Assembly (NCBI RefSeq): GCF_009914755.1
Contig: NC_060929.1
Direction: 5' to 3' (one strand)
DNA from: the human T2T-CHM13v2.0 reference genome, Homo sapiens
Length of the DNA: 64,000 nucleotides
Below the pieces are notes generated by a model. The model was given only the letters and a program-made list of their open reading frames with translations, did not search any database and had not been told where the DNA came from. The translations under genes and the position numbers were made by a program. Positions 37,498 to 50,711 of the stretch are shown one piece after another. Within the stretch, counting starts at the first letter, position 1, and each line of letters opens with the position of its first letter.

Positions 37498-37625
37498 GGC
37501 CAGGTGCTGTGGCTCATGCCTTGTAATCCTAGCACTTTGGGAGGTCGAGACAGGAGAGTTACTTGAGCCCAGAAGTTTGAGACCAGCCTGGGCAACATAG
37601 CAAGACCCCAGCTTTACAAGAAAAT
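37498..37625 (+). mobile_element. Free left Alu monomer (FLAM_C/AluJ-like)
   Basis: ggccaggtgctgtggctcatgcc...gagcccagaagtttgagaccagcctgggcaacatagcaagaccc. Confidence 0.85.
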
Positions 37626-37864
37626 TAATGGTGACAAATATACCTATGTAGAGTCAGAGAGATGGAGGAGTTGATCTGCTGAGATACATTTAAATAAGTT
37701 CCATCACTTTAAGAAAACACTTTATTCTGAAGTCTTTTCAAAGGCAAAGTTCTCTTTTGATCTCTGTGTGTCACTGCCTCTTTGTTCTCTATTGCAAGTT
37801 ATTTTCACAGAATTTCTTTGGCCATAAACAGAAGAACTGTATATACTTATAAAGTACAAAGAAA

Positions 37865-38150
37865 TTTTGGTTAATTGGTATAAAAAATAGTTATAATGAA
37901 TAAATAAGACCTATATTTGCTAGCACAACAGAATGACTATAATAAAAACTAATTTAATTGTACATTTTAAAATAATTAAAGGAGTATAATTGGATTGTTT
38001 GAAACACAAAGAATAAATGCTTGAGGGGATGAATACACTATTTATCCTGATGTGATTATCATGCATTCCATGCCTGTATAAAAATATCTTATGTACCCCA
38101 TAAATATATACACTTACTATGTACCCATAAAAATTAAAAACTAAAAAAAG
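37865..38150 (+). mobile_element. L1MA2/3-like 3' end
   Basis: gctagcacaacagaatgactata...ggattgtttgaaacacaaagaataaatgcttgagggg...atgtacccataaaaattaaaaa. Confidence 0.85.
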
Positions 38151-38732
38151 AAGTCATTTGAAACGTGGTTTTCAAACTGTTGCTCTACAAAAGAATTTAG
38201 GCACTACCAAAAGAATAAAGAATAAAGCATCTTCCACCAAATTATGACTATCTAAACTGCCTGAGAAACCTACTCAGTGAGCCTACTATATGTATATACT
38301 ACTATTACCATAATATTTTATTGTGTGTGCTTTTTCTTTAAAAAAAGTCTACTGTTAAGTAATGAAAATGCAGCACCAAAGTTGATAGAATATCAGGCAA
38401 TGTAAAAGTTTTAGAAATAAATTTACTTTTATTCATTGCTTCTCTAGACTCTAATGTTTAAGTTTTTCAGAATGTGTCTTATTTCCAATTCGTACTTGTG
38501 CCCCTTCTTCCAGTAACTTTGAAAAGTTTTGATCACTTATTCTCCTTTGAAAAAAATCCATGAGATGTGCATTTTTAAGTTAATTTGTCTTTAAATAAAA
38601 TGTATGTTTTATTTTAGAATACTCAGAATATTAGAAAATAAGTGGAAGAAAATATAAAAGAAAACCATTTATAGCCTCAATATCCCAAAATAGCCAACAC
38701 TAATTTATATTTTGATAAATTACCTCAAAGCC

Positions 38733-39020
38733 TTTTTTTTTTGAGTTGGAGTCTTGCTCTCTCACCCAGGCTGGAGAGCAATGGCGGGATCTCGGCTCAC
38801 TGCAAGCTCCGCCTCCTGGGTTGAGGCCATTCTCCTGCCTCAGCCTCCCGAGTAGCTGGGACTACAGGCACCACCACGTCCGGCTAATTTTTTTGTATTT
38901 TTAGTAGAGACAGGGTTTCACCATGTTAGCCAGGATGTTCTTGATCTCCTGACCTCGTGATCCACCCGCCTCGGCTTCCCAAAGTGCCGGGATTACAGGC
39001 GTGAGCCAGCCCACCTGGCC
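38733..39020 (-). mobile_element. Full-length Alu (AluY-like)
   Basis: gcaagctccgcctcc and ccattctcctgcc AluY diagnostics; perfect TSD ACCTCAAAGCC (38722-38732 and 39021-39031). Confidence 0.97.
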
Positions 39021-39364
39021 ACCTCAAAGCCTTTTTCTGCTGATTTTAATCTCTTCATTTTTCCAAATTTATCAATTTAGGTTCATTCTCTGGTAATGGT
39101 TTCTCACCATCCCTAGCTGTTTTTTCTATGTCTGACTATTGACCATTGGTAGTCTTCAGCTTCTGACTTTAAACCTCTTGTAGTCTCACGTAGTACACCC
39201 TCAGGTTAATATGATCAATGAGCTGATAAATCCCAAATAAATATCTTCATTTACATAACATTTTAATCATTACATCCATTTTTCTATTTGCTTACTACAT
39301 AGCTCCACCCAAGTGTCTTCAAACAGAAACATCCAAGCTTGCCCTTTCTTCTCTGCTCTTCTAA

Positions 39365-39885
39365 GATAACTTTGGTTGCAAATAAGAAAAAAAAAATCAA
39401 ACTTGTGGATCCAGGATAGGATCAGAAACTCCAGTACTGTTACTAAGTTGGCCTGATCTTGCTCTACCTCTCAGTTCTGCTAGTTCCATTTTATTTTATT
39501 TTATTTTATTATTTCTTAAGTTTTACCTTTGTACAGATTGTCATTTGTGGTTACTAATGGCTGCCACCATCTTTCTCCACCACGTGCATCGGGGTCCTAG
39601 TCAAGCAGAAAATCTAGGGCAAAGCTGTGCTGCTATGATGGAGGTGATTTTCCCAGCATCCTCAGCAGCTCTGAGAGGCATTCGACTGGACTGGCCTAGG
39701 TCCCATGTCTAACACTGAGCCAATCACATTGGCCAGAGGAATCCAATGGGCTGCTCTGTTCTCCTTAGGCCTGGCCTCACCCTTTTCAGGGGTCTTGGAT
39801 ACCTTCTCATGGACTGAAAGTGGGGAGGGAGAGACAAAACCCAGATGGAAATCAAGCAGATGTTGAACAGGAACAAATACCATTT
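39365..39885 (-). mobile_element. MLT1K/L-like MaLR LTR
   Basis: tttggttgcaaataagaaa...gactggcctaggtcccatgtc...gagccaatcacattggccagagga. Confidence 0.6.
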
Positions 39886-40452
39886 CCCTCTCTTCTTTAA
39901 GTTAATGGCACTCGATCGCTCAATTCTAAAAACTGACATGATGTGAAATGCCTAAGTCTTTCTCCCCATTGTGGCCACATGGTCAACAACTCTTTCATTT
40001 CTACTCCTGCAATATCATATAAAGTCATTCCCTTTCTGCATTCCCATGGCTGTCTCACACCTGGCTTTCACAGGTCTTCACAACTGATTCTTCCTGCAGC
40101 TGGCGGATAACCCCAGCATTCACTGGGCCTCCCGAGTGATGTATCTAAGTGTAAGTATGATTCTGCACTTCCGCGCTGAGTGGCTCCCATTGCTTTCCAG
40201 ACAAGTGCAGCGCCTCAGTGCTTCCCTTCAGGGTGCGTGTCCTCATCCAGTTTTGCAGCACCACTTTGATCAGATTCCTTCACATACACTTTGTTACAGG
40301 TACATTGGCTGATTTTGAGTGCCCCAAACAGGACATTGTCTCCTATGCCTTTCTCCATAGCAGCGCCTGTTTTCTCTCCTAGAATATCTTTCTTTCCTAG
40401 CTCCCTGCTTTCTACCATTTCTCACCAGCAGTTGAGACAAGCTAATTCCCAC

Positions 40453-41377
40453 TGTATTTGTTTCCTGTTCCTGCTGTAGTAAATTACTATAAACTTAGTG
40501 GCTTGAAACAGCACAAACTTATCCTCTGACAATTCTGGATGACAGAAGTTTCAAATGAGCCTTATGGAGCTAAAATCAAGGTGTCAGCAGAGCTTCGTTC
40601 TTCCTCGAGACTCTAGGAGAGACTCTGTTCCTTGCTTTTCCAGATTCTAGAGAGCGTCTGCCTTCTCATGGCATCCTTTCATCTGCAATGTCAGCAATAG
40701 CATCACTCTGCTTCTGCTTCCATCATCACACTTGCTTATTTTTTACTTTTCTATTTGTAATTTTTATGGGTACATAATACTACGTATTTATGGGGTTCAT
40801 GTGAAATATTGATACAAGCATACAATGTGCAGTGATCAAATTAGGGTAATTGGGTATCCATTACCTCAAGCATGTATCATTTCTTTGTGTAACAAACATT
40901 CCAATTCCACTCTTCTAGTTATTTTGAAATATACAATAAATTCTTTTTAGCCATAGTCATACCTTATTGTACCACTGAGCACTAGATCTTATTCCATCTG
41001 TGTGACTGGATTTTGGATCTATTCACCAACTGCTCTTTATTCCTGCCCACCTCCTCCACCCTTCCCAGCCTCTGGTAACCATCATTCTACTCTCTGTGTC
41101 CGTGAGATCAACATTTGTAGCTCCCACATGTGAGTGAGAATATGCAATATCTGACTTTCTGCATCCCATCTGCATCGACTCTCCTGCCACCCTCTTTTCC
41201 TTTTGAGGATCCTTGTGATTACCTTGGATCCATCCAGATCATTCAAGATGATTTCCTCCATCTCAATATCCTTAACTTAATAATTTCTACAAAGTCCATT
41301 TTGCAAAGGAACATATTCACAGGTTCCTGAGATTAGGACATGATCATTTTTGAGGGATCATTATTCTTTCTACTATA
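40453..41377 (-). mobile_element. MLT1D-like MaLR LTR split by L1MA
   Basis: aaattactataaacttagtggcttgaaacagcaca...aaatcaaggtgtcagcag [L1] ...cacaggttcctgagattaggacatg...tactata. Confidence 0.8.
40738..41161 (-). mobile_element. L1MA3/4-like 3' end
   Basis: tttatgggtacataat...cattccaattccactcttctagttattttgaaatatacaataaa...gctcccacatgtgagtgagaatatgcaatat. Confidence 0.85.
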
Positions 41378-42768
41378 CCCATGTATCTTTTAAGAACCAG
41401 CTGCAGCATGACCTGCATCTACAAATATGTTCCGACCTCAGGTCTATTTTGAGTTTCCTCTGGTTACTTGCTTACCACTCTGCATTCCTCTACTCAAGCC
41501 CTCAACACACACTGTCTTTTACTCTAGTGATAATGCCCAACTCTGTGTTTGGCACAAACAAGGAAATTAATACATGTATTATAATTCTACAGTCCTCTGA
41601 CCACCAACCTAAAAGATCAATAATTTTTAACTAATTCCTGTGTCCCAAGTTAATCTTAATGTGGGCAGTGTGAGTTACAGTTAAATTATTTTATATTCGA
41701 ATGGCATTTGGACAAAGTTCACTTTACTTTTTACTAAATTTCAAACACACAAATTTGATTTCTGACTTTCAGTATTTCATATGATATTTCATGTCAACAA
41801 AGAAACAGAAACACTAAATCTTTAAACAAAGCTTAAAGTTACTTCTTGCTTTCATCTGTTCTGACAGTTATCACTAGTTCCAAGTGCTTCCTAGGAAAGA
41901 TGTTCTAGGAAAAACAACTAAAGAAATGGTGGAAAGTACACAGTAATCCAACTCATAAATATGTGTATGACAGGAGTGTGCCTTGGCTTCAATACTCTCC
42001 AACATTGACTCAAATGTTCCTTCTTCATCCCCTCTTAGAGCCCTGTTTTGCCATCTAACAGAGTTACTTCTCAACTCTTGAAGCACCCGTGGATCTAGAG
42101 ATGCAATGGTTGTCATGCGAATAACTGTGTGAGGCCTGTGGCGAAATGACACGTAAGAAACCCAATCACCACCCCTATCTCCTCTCTCTCATTGGAAGCT
42201 TTGAAGCAATCTCAATCACATAAGGTGTAACATGGTCATAATTCAGAGGGGAATACTTAAAGATTAATGAACTACTTGTCAAATGATAGAAAAATCAGTC
42301 CAGAGGAATTGTCCGTAGATGGTTTTCAGTAAGAAAGATGTTGCATCCCCAGGAGGTTGTTGAAGAGGAAATCTGACAAACATGTGTAAGAGGACTGTGC
42401 AGATGGTCCTCATGATATTTCAGTGGAAATAATGTTTCATTATATTAAAAGACTTAGTGTGAGTAACAGTGAAAACATCACGGGTCAGATTTCTCTAGTG
42501 ACACAGTCCACAAAAGAGAAAGTGGTCCTGTTGTGAGTGGATGTGTTTTTCTAATTAACCTGCTTAGAATTGCTCATCACGACAGCAAGCAAATACCTGA
42601 AATTCTTCGTTCCTGATTGTGATCATAGAACATTTACGTATGGTTGTCAGCTATATTTTTATGTTGCCTAATGTCTACTTCCATAGCAAACAGCAGATGT
42701 CTTGGTCTAGTTCTTATTTGCACCACTCATCATAGTAGCCAAGTATATATCTGTCTAATGATATGTGT

Positions 42769-42773
<5 letters not shown>

Positions 42774-42808
<35 letters not shown>
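42774..42808. repeat. (TG)n microsatellite followed by short (TAG)n
   Basis: Direct inspection. Confidence 0.95.
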
Positions 42809-42810
<2 letters not shown>

Positions 42811-44407
42811 TCATAGTAGTAGTAGTAGTGCTTTGGTTTCAGCTCATGGGCAATAAAATAATACTTTTATTGACCAGGGTACTGACCCATATATGCTATC
42901 TCTTTCAGTCATACACTTTGATTCCATAGATTAATAGAAAACAGGAACATCACTTCATACTCCATAAATTTATACAATTATAAATTGTCAGTTTATGAGA
43001 AAAACAGGATTTTTCTGAAAAGCTATCATTTTATAAATTATATAACACATACAAATCGCAGTCAATTAGAACTGAACTACACAGTTTCAGGTAAAACTAA
43101 CCCTCCCTATAAATCTGTCTTCTTAAGTTCACTGGCTGCTAACCAACCATATGGCCTTCTTTCTCACTCTGAAATCATTTAGCATTTATAGAGAAGACAA
43201 CTGAGTATCTGTCCATCCCAATCACCTGCAAAAGATACTCATCAGATTGTGATTTTTACCTGTGATTTTCACTATGGAAGATTATAATTAGGAAAGGTTT
43301 TGCTTGTTTGTTTGTTCATTTGTTTGTTTTGATTGGAATGTCATTTGGTGTTAGAAAAAAATGAAGTGTGAGAGTATTTGATTTGCATTTAATATTTAGC
43401 ATGTAGTTTGACATGCTGCCTTTTACTTCTACCTTAACTTTGATCACAACCATGCGGAATTTATTTTGGATACATAATACAAGGCTGGTTGAACATTTGA
43501 AAACTATACAATAAAATCCATCATAATTATAGGAATTGAGACCAAAAAGGCATTCGACAAAACTCAACACCTATTCATGATTAAAATCTCTCAGCAAATG
43601 AGGAATATAGGGAAACTTCTACAACTTGCTAAAGAACATCTACAAAAACCCTACAGCTAACATTGTACTTAACTGTGAGGAACTGGATGCTTTCTTCCTA
43701 ATGTAGGGAACAAGGGAAGGGTCTCCCTTCCTATTTGACATCACATTGGAAGTCATAACTACTGTAGTAAGATTTTTAAAAAGAAATAAAAAGTATACAG
43801 ATGGGGAAGAAATCTATCCTTTTTGGTAGATGGCATCATTCTTTGTGTAGAAACTCTCAAAGAACAGATCAAAAAATAATCCTGAAACTAATAAGTAAAT
43901 ATAGCAAGGTTGTAGAATACAATGCTTTCCTATATGCCAGAAGTGATCAACTGAAATTCAGAAATAAAAACACAATCTCATTACCAAAAAGGAAAAGAAT
44001 TAAGTTCATAGGTAGAAACCTAACAAAATATACACTAGGTCTATTAATAAAAGGTTACAAAACTTTGAAAAAAGAAATCAAAGAAGATCTAAATAAATGT
44101 AAAGTTACTCAGTGTTCATGGAAGGGAAGACTTAGTATTTTCAAGATGTCATTTATTCCCAAATTGATATATGGATTCAACATAACCATCAAGAGTCCAG
44201 AAAGGTGTTTTATAGATATTGGCAAACTGATTTTAAAGCTTATATGGAAAACAAAAGAGCTAGAATGGCCAAACACCATACTAAAAATGAAAAAAGTTGT
44301 ACTCACGTTACTCAATTTCAAACCTTACTATAAACTTACAATAATCAAGACAATGTGATATTGGCAAAAGAATAGACACATAGATCAATTTTAAAAATAA
44401 AGAGCCC

Positions 44408-44942
44408 TGCAATGAACATAGGCGTGAATGTATATTTGCAATAGAACAATTTATATTCCTTTGGGTATATACCCAGTAATGGGATTGCTAGGTGAAATGG
44501 TATTTCTGGTTCTAGATCTTTGAGGAATCATCAGACCATCTTCCACAACTGTTGAACTAATTTACATTCTCAACAACAGTGTAAAAGCATTTCTATTTTT
44601 CTGCAACCTCACTAGTATCTGTTGTTTCTTGACTTAAGCCATTATCCTCAGCAAACTAATGCAGGAACAGAAAACCAAACACAACATGTTCTCTCTTATA
44701 AATGGGAGCTGAACAATGAGAACATGTGGACACGGGGAGGGGAACAACACACACTGGGGCCTGTGGGGGGATGGGTTGAGTGGGGAGGGAGAGCATTAGG
44801 AAAAATAGCTAATGCATCCTGGGCTTAATACATAGGTGATGGGTTGCTAGGCGCAGCAAACCACCATGGCACACTTTTACCTATATAACAAACCTGCGCA
44901 TCCTGCACATGTACACCAGAACTAAAAATATTTTTTTTTAAA
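44408..44942 (+). mobile_element. 5'-inverted (twin-primed) truncated L1PA, roughly L1PA8-11
   Basis: 44408-44635 is antisense L1 ORF2 end, 44636-44942 is sense L1PA 3' end; both flanked by TSD AAAGAGCCC (44399-44407 and 44943-44951). Confidence 0.9.
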
Positions 44943-46907
44943 AAAGAGCCCAAATAAAGAACCACACAAATATAATTAGTAAAACTTGGACAAATGAACA
45001 AAGGCAATTCAATGAAGAAAAAGTATATTTTTCAACAAATGTTATTAGAACTACTAGATATCCTTATGCAAATAATGAACCCAGAAAAAGAAAGACCCTA
45101 TGACTTTTACTTAAATTAACTCAAAATGGACCAAAGACCTGAATGTAAAATGTAAAACTATAAAATTTTTTGAAGAAAACACAGAAGAAAAATCTGTATG
45201 ACCTAAGTTTGATGATAAGTTTATAAATGCAAAACCAAAAATATAATTCATGAAAGAAAAAACTGATAAATTGTATTAAAATTTAAAACTTTTAATCTGC
45301 AAAAGACACTCTTAATAGGCTGGAAAGACAAGCTATAAACTGGGAAACAAAAATTGCAAAACATATCTGTAACAAACCTATCCGAAATATAAAAAGAGCT
45401 CTCAAAACTCAACAATAAGAAAAACAACAACCCAATTAAATAATGAGCAAAATATTTGAACAGACACCTCACCGAGGAAGATACACAGGTGGTGAACAAG
45501 CATACAAAAAGATGCTCAACATCATTTGTAATTACGAAATCAAAAATTAAGGCAAAAATGAGATGCCATTAACTAAACATCACCTATTATTATCGCTAAT
45601 TTTTTTTAAATAACAACACTAATTGCTGACAAGAATATAGGGAAAAAGGAACTCTTATTCATTTCTTGTGGGAATGCAAAATGGTACTTCAGAAGACAGT
45701 TTGGCAGTTTCTTACAAAGCTAAACGTGGTATTAACATATGACCTAGTAATCGCACTCCTAGATTTTTACCCAAATGAATCAAAAGCTTATGTCCACACG
45801 AAAACCTGCACATAAATGTTTATAACAACTTTATTAATGATCACCAAAAACTGGAATCAAACAAAATGTACTTTAATAGGTGAATGAAATAAACTGATAC
45901 ATCTGTACAATGGAGTATTATTCATATGACACATAAATCTTAAATGCATATTGCTAAGTGAAATAAGTCAGTCTAAAAAGTCTACATACTACTGTGTGAT
46001 TCCAATTACATGACATTCTGGAAAAGGTAAAACTGTAGGGATTTTCAGAGATTTGGAAGGATAGGGGAGAGTTGAATGGGTGAGCAGAGGGAAATTTTTT
46101 AGGGTGGTGAATGGATTACTATGATGCTACAATCATGCATTCATGGTGCTACACATTTGTCAAAATCCATAGACTTTAACAGTGCAAAGAGTGAACCTTA
46201 GTTTATGCAAATTTTAAAAATATCTTTTAGAAAGTGGGGGTATATCAGGATGGAATGAAGAATGTGACAAAATAACTCTATCAAAAATACATAAAACCAC
46301 TTTATTCATTGAGGTGAGTTCAAAAGGTGCTGACCTAAGTAACATCGGAAAAGAGTGAGGTCTGTAAAACCTAAAGACAAAGGAAACTGCAGGTAAACAC
46401 CACACTCTAATTGACAAAGCTTTTTTCCAATTGCAGGGTACAGATTCATAACACTAATAATGCTATATGTTTTTACTGGAATTGAAAAATTAAGCACATG
46501 GGTGGCAGATGGTGAGACCCAGGTCTCTCACTATTGAAGTGGGAACTTACAGACAGACCAGAGGAAGAGGATACAGTGATCTATGTGGTAATAAATTAGA
46601 GCTTAAACTCATGTTTAGCTTAATAAAGGTACAGATTGTTAAACATGGAAGTCCTTATAGAGATGTGTGTATAAATGGACTGGTATACATGTATTTCCTT
46701 GTTCTGTTCAGCTAGGAAGGCCTAGAAGCAAGACACCTCAAGGAGCAGTGAGCACACCTACTGCCCAGATATTGGTTTCTAATCCCATTCACCAATGAAA
46801 GGAACCAGGAACCCTTAGGAAAAATAGCTGATTCAACTAATAGGATAGAAATATACAAGATGAGCCTGAATCATCTTATAGTGATGGAAAGTAGGGAAGT
46901 GCTAAGC

Positions 46908-46913
46908 TATATA

Positions 46914-46958
<45 letters not shown>

Positions 46959-46975
46959 ATACACACACATACACA
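46908..46975. repeat. Compound (TA)n/(TG)n/(CA)n microsatellite
   Basis: Direct inspection. Confidence 0.9.
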
Positions 46976-47327
46976 AAATGGCCAAAGCTAAAACAACTTG
47001 AGCAACAAAACAAAATAGTATTAGTTTATAATCCAAAGAATAAAGTGAATGTCCATGAGAAACCTCAGAAACACTACCTTTAGTTAGATGATCCAAGTTA
47101 ACATCAACAGTGGTAAGTGATATTGAGAGTATGCACTGTTGGTATGATGTGCTAAAAAATGGCACTTTACCTGTATTGTCTTCTCCAAAAAAACACCACA
47201 CAATCCAAGTCGAATTACAAGAAAAACTTCACACAAATCCCAACAATTAATAATGTAGATTATAATAAGTAGAATAGTGGAACATTCTGCAACATAACTA
47301 GCCCAAACTCAAAACTTTCAAGGTTAT

Positions 47328-47704
47328 TGTTATGGTTAGGCTTTGTGTCCCCACTCAAACCTCATCTAGAATTGTAATCCCCATAATCTCCATGTGTCAA
47401 GGGAGAGACAAGGTGGAAGTAATTGAATCATAGGGGTGGTTTCCCATGCTGTTCTCTTGCAAGTGAGTGTGTTCTTACAAGATGTGATGGTTTTATAAGG
47501 ATCTCTTGCCCCTTCACTTGGCACTTCTCCTTCCTGCCGCCTTGTGAAGCAGGTGCCTTGCTTCCCCTTTGCCTTCTGCCATGATTGCATGTTTCCTGAA
47601 ACCTCCCCAGCCTTGCTGAGCTGTGACTCAATTAAACCTCTTTCCTTTATAGGTTACCTAGTCCCAGGTAGTTGTTTATAGCAGTATGAAGATGGACTAA
47701 TACA
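47328..47704 (+). mobile_element. THE1D-like MaLR solo LTR
   Basis: tgttatggttaggctttgtgtcccc...ggactaataca; perfect 5-bp TSD GTTAT (47323-47327 and 47705-47709). Confidence 0.9.
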
Positions 47705-48082
47705 GTTATCAAGAGCAGGTAAAGTCTCAGAAACTTTCTCAGCCAAGAAAAACTTAAGGAGACAGGATAACTAAGTGTAACTTATATTGGGTGGGATTCT
47801 GGTATGGAAAATGGATATTAGGGGAAACATTAAGAAAATCAGAATAAAGTAGGACTTCAATTGGTAGTAACATATCAATATTGGTTCATTAATAAGAAAA
47901 ATTTACCAAACTAATATAACATATTAAGAATAAGAGAAACTGGGTGTAGGGTATATGAGAACTCTATAAACCCTTTAAAATTTTTATGTAAAACCAAAAT
48001 TGGTCTAAAATTAAAAGTTTATTTTTTAAAATAGCACTAAAATTGATAAAAAAATATATTTTACTCTCCATCTTATGCTATT

Positions 48083-48439
48083 TGATATAGTTTGGCTGTG
48101 TCCCCACCCAAATCTCATCTTGAATTCCCACGTATTGTGGGAGGGACCTGGTGGGAGGTAATTGAATCATGGTGGCAAGTCTTTCCCGCGCTGTTCTGGT
48201 GATAGTGAATAAGTCTCATAAGATCTAATGGTTTTAAAAAGAGGAGTTTCCCTGCACAAGTTCTCTCTCTTTGCCTGCTGCCATCCATGTAAGAGAAGAC
48301 TCGTTCCTCCTTGCCTTCCTCTATGGTTGTGAGGCTTCCTCAGCCACATGGAATTATAAGTCCAATTAAACCTCTTTCTTTTTTAAATTGCGCAGTTTCA
48401 TATATGTCTTTATCAGCAGCATGAAAATGGACTAATACA
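48083..48439 (+). mobile_element. THE1B-like MaLR solo LTR
   Basis: tgatatagtttggctgtgtccccacccaaatctcatcttgaatt...atcagcagcatgaaaatggactaataca; perfect 5-bp TSD CTATT (48078-48082 and 48440-48444). Confidence 0.92.
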
Positions 48440-48769
48440 CTATTCTTTTCAATTGGTTCCAACTCAGGTGTTTTATCTACCCCCACTATTCACCATCAAA
48501 CCCCAACACTCATCTCTACAATGGGGTCTATTTTTGTCTTTGGTGCCTATGATTGAGGAGAAGGTGCATTTCTTAGGACTGGCTTCTGAGGTACTACCAT
48601 TCCAGAGATGTTTCCTAGAGCTCAAGGAAGTGAATATGCCTTTGTGTTGAAACTTAGGGCACTACTTGCATTCTTAGTTAAACCAGGAACAGTAAATCAA
48701 CAAATTTTAGTTATCAAACTATAAATTAAAATGGAATATACAAAAAGTTAATATAGAATACAGAAACTT

Positions 48770-49078
48770 GGCCAGGCACGGTGGCTCATGCCTGTAATCC
48801 CAGCACTTTGGAAGACTGGGAGGGGCAGGTCACTTGAGGCCAGGAGTTCAAACAAGCATGGCCAACATGTGAAACCACATCTCTACTAAAAAAAAAATAA
48901 TAATACAAAAATTATCCAGGCATGGTGGCATGTGTTTGTAATCCTAGCTACTCAGGAGACTGAGGCAGGAGAATCACTTGAACCTGGAAGGCAGAGGTTG
49001 CAGTGAGCCAAGATCATGCCACCGCACTCCAGCCTGGATGACAGAGCAAGAATCCATCTCAAAAAAAAAAAAAAAAAG
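48770..49078 (+). mobile_element. Full-length Alu (AluS-like)
   Basis: Dimeric Alu with A-tail; imperfect TSD gaatacagaaactt / gaataaagaaattt. Confidence 0.95.
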
Positions 49079-49932
49079 GAATAAAGAAATTTGGTTTTTC
49101 TGAAACATTTCAGTTCATTTATCATTCTAATAATTCTTGTGTTCCATTTTAAGGGACTAGACAAAAAAGCTGAAATTTTAATCACCACTCTATTTTGATA
49201 CAAATATTTATGACACTATGGTTTATTCAGTGGGTATCTAAGTTTTTTAAAAGAAATGTTTCAACAAATTTCTATTACTTACCTCATTTTAATATCTGAA
49301 ATTTCTTGTAGTTCATTAAAGTTAAGTCAATGTGCCTGTGGTACCACTTTATGTTTATGAACAATATGAACATGCCCAACTGCAAAAATTGTGTAAGCCA
49401 CTTGATGCTGAGTTTGTGGTTGATGACATTGGATTTTCTTATAACAATCAATGACATGAAAGATATTCCTCAAGCTCAGTGGAGAGGAAATTCTGAAAAA
49501 TTCTCCTATTTCATGCTATTATTAGGCTTATAACATCCTTTCTTTACACAAGTTCTGTTGTTATATCTGTCATATCTTTCCTTGACTTGCATGGCTGATT
49601 TTTTGGAAGAAAAAATATTCATTAAAAATGCATCTAAATGACATATCCTAAGCTAGAAAAACTACATCATTTTCTCTCAGATCTAGAGACTAGCACAATT
49701 GCTGTTTATTTCTTGCTTTAAAAGACTCTCATTACTATGGACAGCCATGTGTCAGTTAGAACATTTGTTGAGAATCACTGGTAAGAAATCATCTAAGCTG
49801 TTGACTAAATGCTGATTCATTTGTTACTCAGCTGCAAAGGAATCACAGCCAACTGGTGATTATTCAGCTCTTTAGTTTAGCAAATACCTGAGCACCTACT
49901 TCTGTACCACGTGCTCTCACTATATCAGAGAG

Positions 49933-50150
49933 CAGAGGTCAGCAACGGTCTTTGCTAAAGGGACAGACAGAAAATATTTCAGGCTTTGCGGGCCATAAAA
50001 AAAAAAATCTGTCACAATTGCTCAACTCTGTTGCATCATAAAAGCAGCTAGAGAAAATATGTAAAACAATGGATGTGGCTGTATTGCAATAAAACTGTAT
50101 TTACATCAGGCCTGATTTGGCCTGTGAGCTCTAGTTTGCCAGTTGCCCTC
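49933..50150 (-). mobile_element. MER58A hAT MITE
   Basis: cagaggtcagcaa...aaatatttcaggctttgcgggccata...ggatgtggctgtattgcaataaaact...tagtttgcc. Confidence 0.8.
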
Positions 50151-50711
50151 ATGGAACAGGGAGAATGGGACAGAGAATTGGGATGGCAGAAACTGCTTAC
50201 TCTTTGAAGTCTACAATGTACTTTGTTTCTTTCTCTGCCTGGAAAACTCCTTTTCATTTTTCCATGCTAGCTCACATATTCTTTTCTTCCATGAAGTTAT
50301 TCTCAGATTCACCAGATAGTTTTCTGGATTTTCACTGTACTATTATGACTACTAATTTTCAAATCTGCTATTCTTGCTAAACAATGGGCTCCTTGGGAAA
50401 AAAAGCACCTCTTTGACCCAATTAAAGGCATATTGTATACAATATGGCCAGTTCCCTTGGAGTTGAGCAACTTGGTGGCCCTTTTTGGGGACAGGAAAAA
50501 TATCTCATCTCTGTATCCTCATCATAGTAGAGTGTCATCATTTAATGAACAAATAAATATAAGGAAGAAAGTGATAAGAAAAATAAACAACATGTTCCAT
50601 GAACTCAGAAGAATTAGAGAACGCCTTCAACTGGAGAAATGAGAGAAAGGTATACAGAAGTCTGAGTGAGGATATGTAAAGCAGGAAATAGCATCTATTG
50701 TAGACCCTGTG

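Larger units (their letters stand above)
39150..41470 (+). mobile_element. Fragmented L2 LINE hosting MLT1K/L, MLT1D and L1MA insertions
   Basis: Pyrimidine-rich L2 motifs (gctgataaatcccaaata; tggctcccattgct; atagcagcgcctgttttctctcctagaata) resuming after the nested LTRs. Confidence 0.55.
43490..48030 (+). mobile_element. L1MC-type LINE (3' ORF2 remnant plus long 3' UTR) with nested L1PA and THE1D
   Basis: ORF 43801-44358 gives L1 ORF2-like YKTLKKEIKEDLNK..CSWKGRLSIFKMSFIPKLIYGFN; L1MC 3'UTR motifs to A-rich end near 48030. Confidence 0.88.

Noticed and set aside
37285-37600. Low-complexity ORFs (GRKE)n and (LPSF)n
   Set aside because: Translation of the GGAA/TTCC microsatellite
43801-44358. 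185-aa ORF, the longest in the window
   Set aside because: Decayed L1 ORF2 fragment, not a host gene
48335-48347. PRDM9 hotspot motif position in THE1B
   Set aside because: Reads CTTCCTCAGCCAC, two mismatches to CCNCCNTNNCCNC, so not the hotspot-associated version
47328-48439. Two THE1 LTRs as ends of one provirus
   Set aside because: Different subfamilies, each with its own TSD (GTTAT, CTATT), and L1 rather than MaLR internal sequence between them
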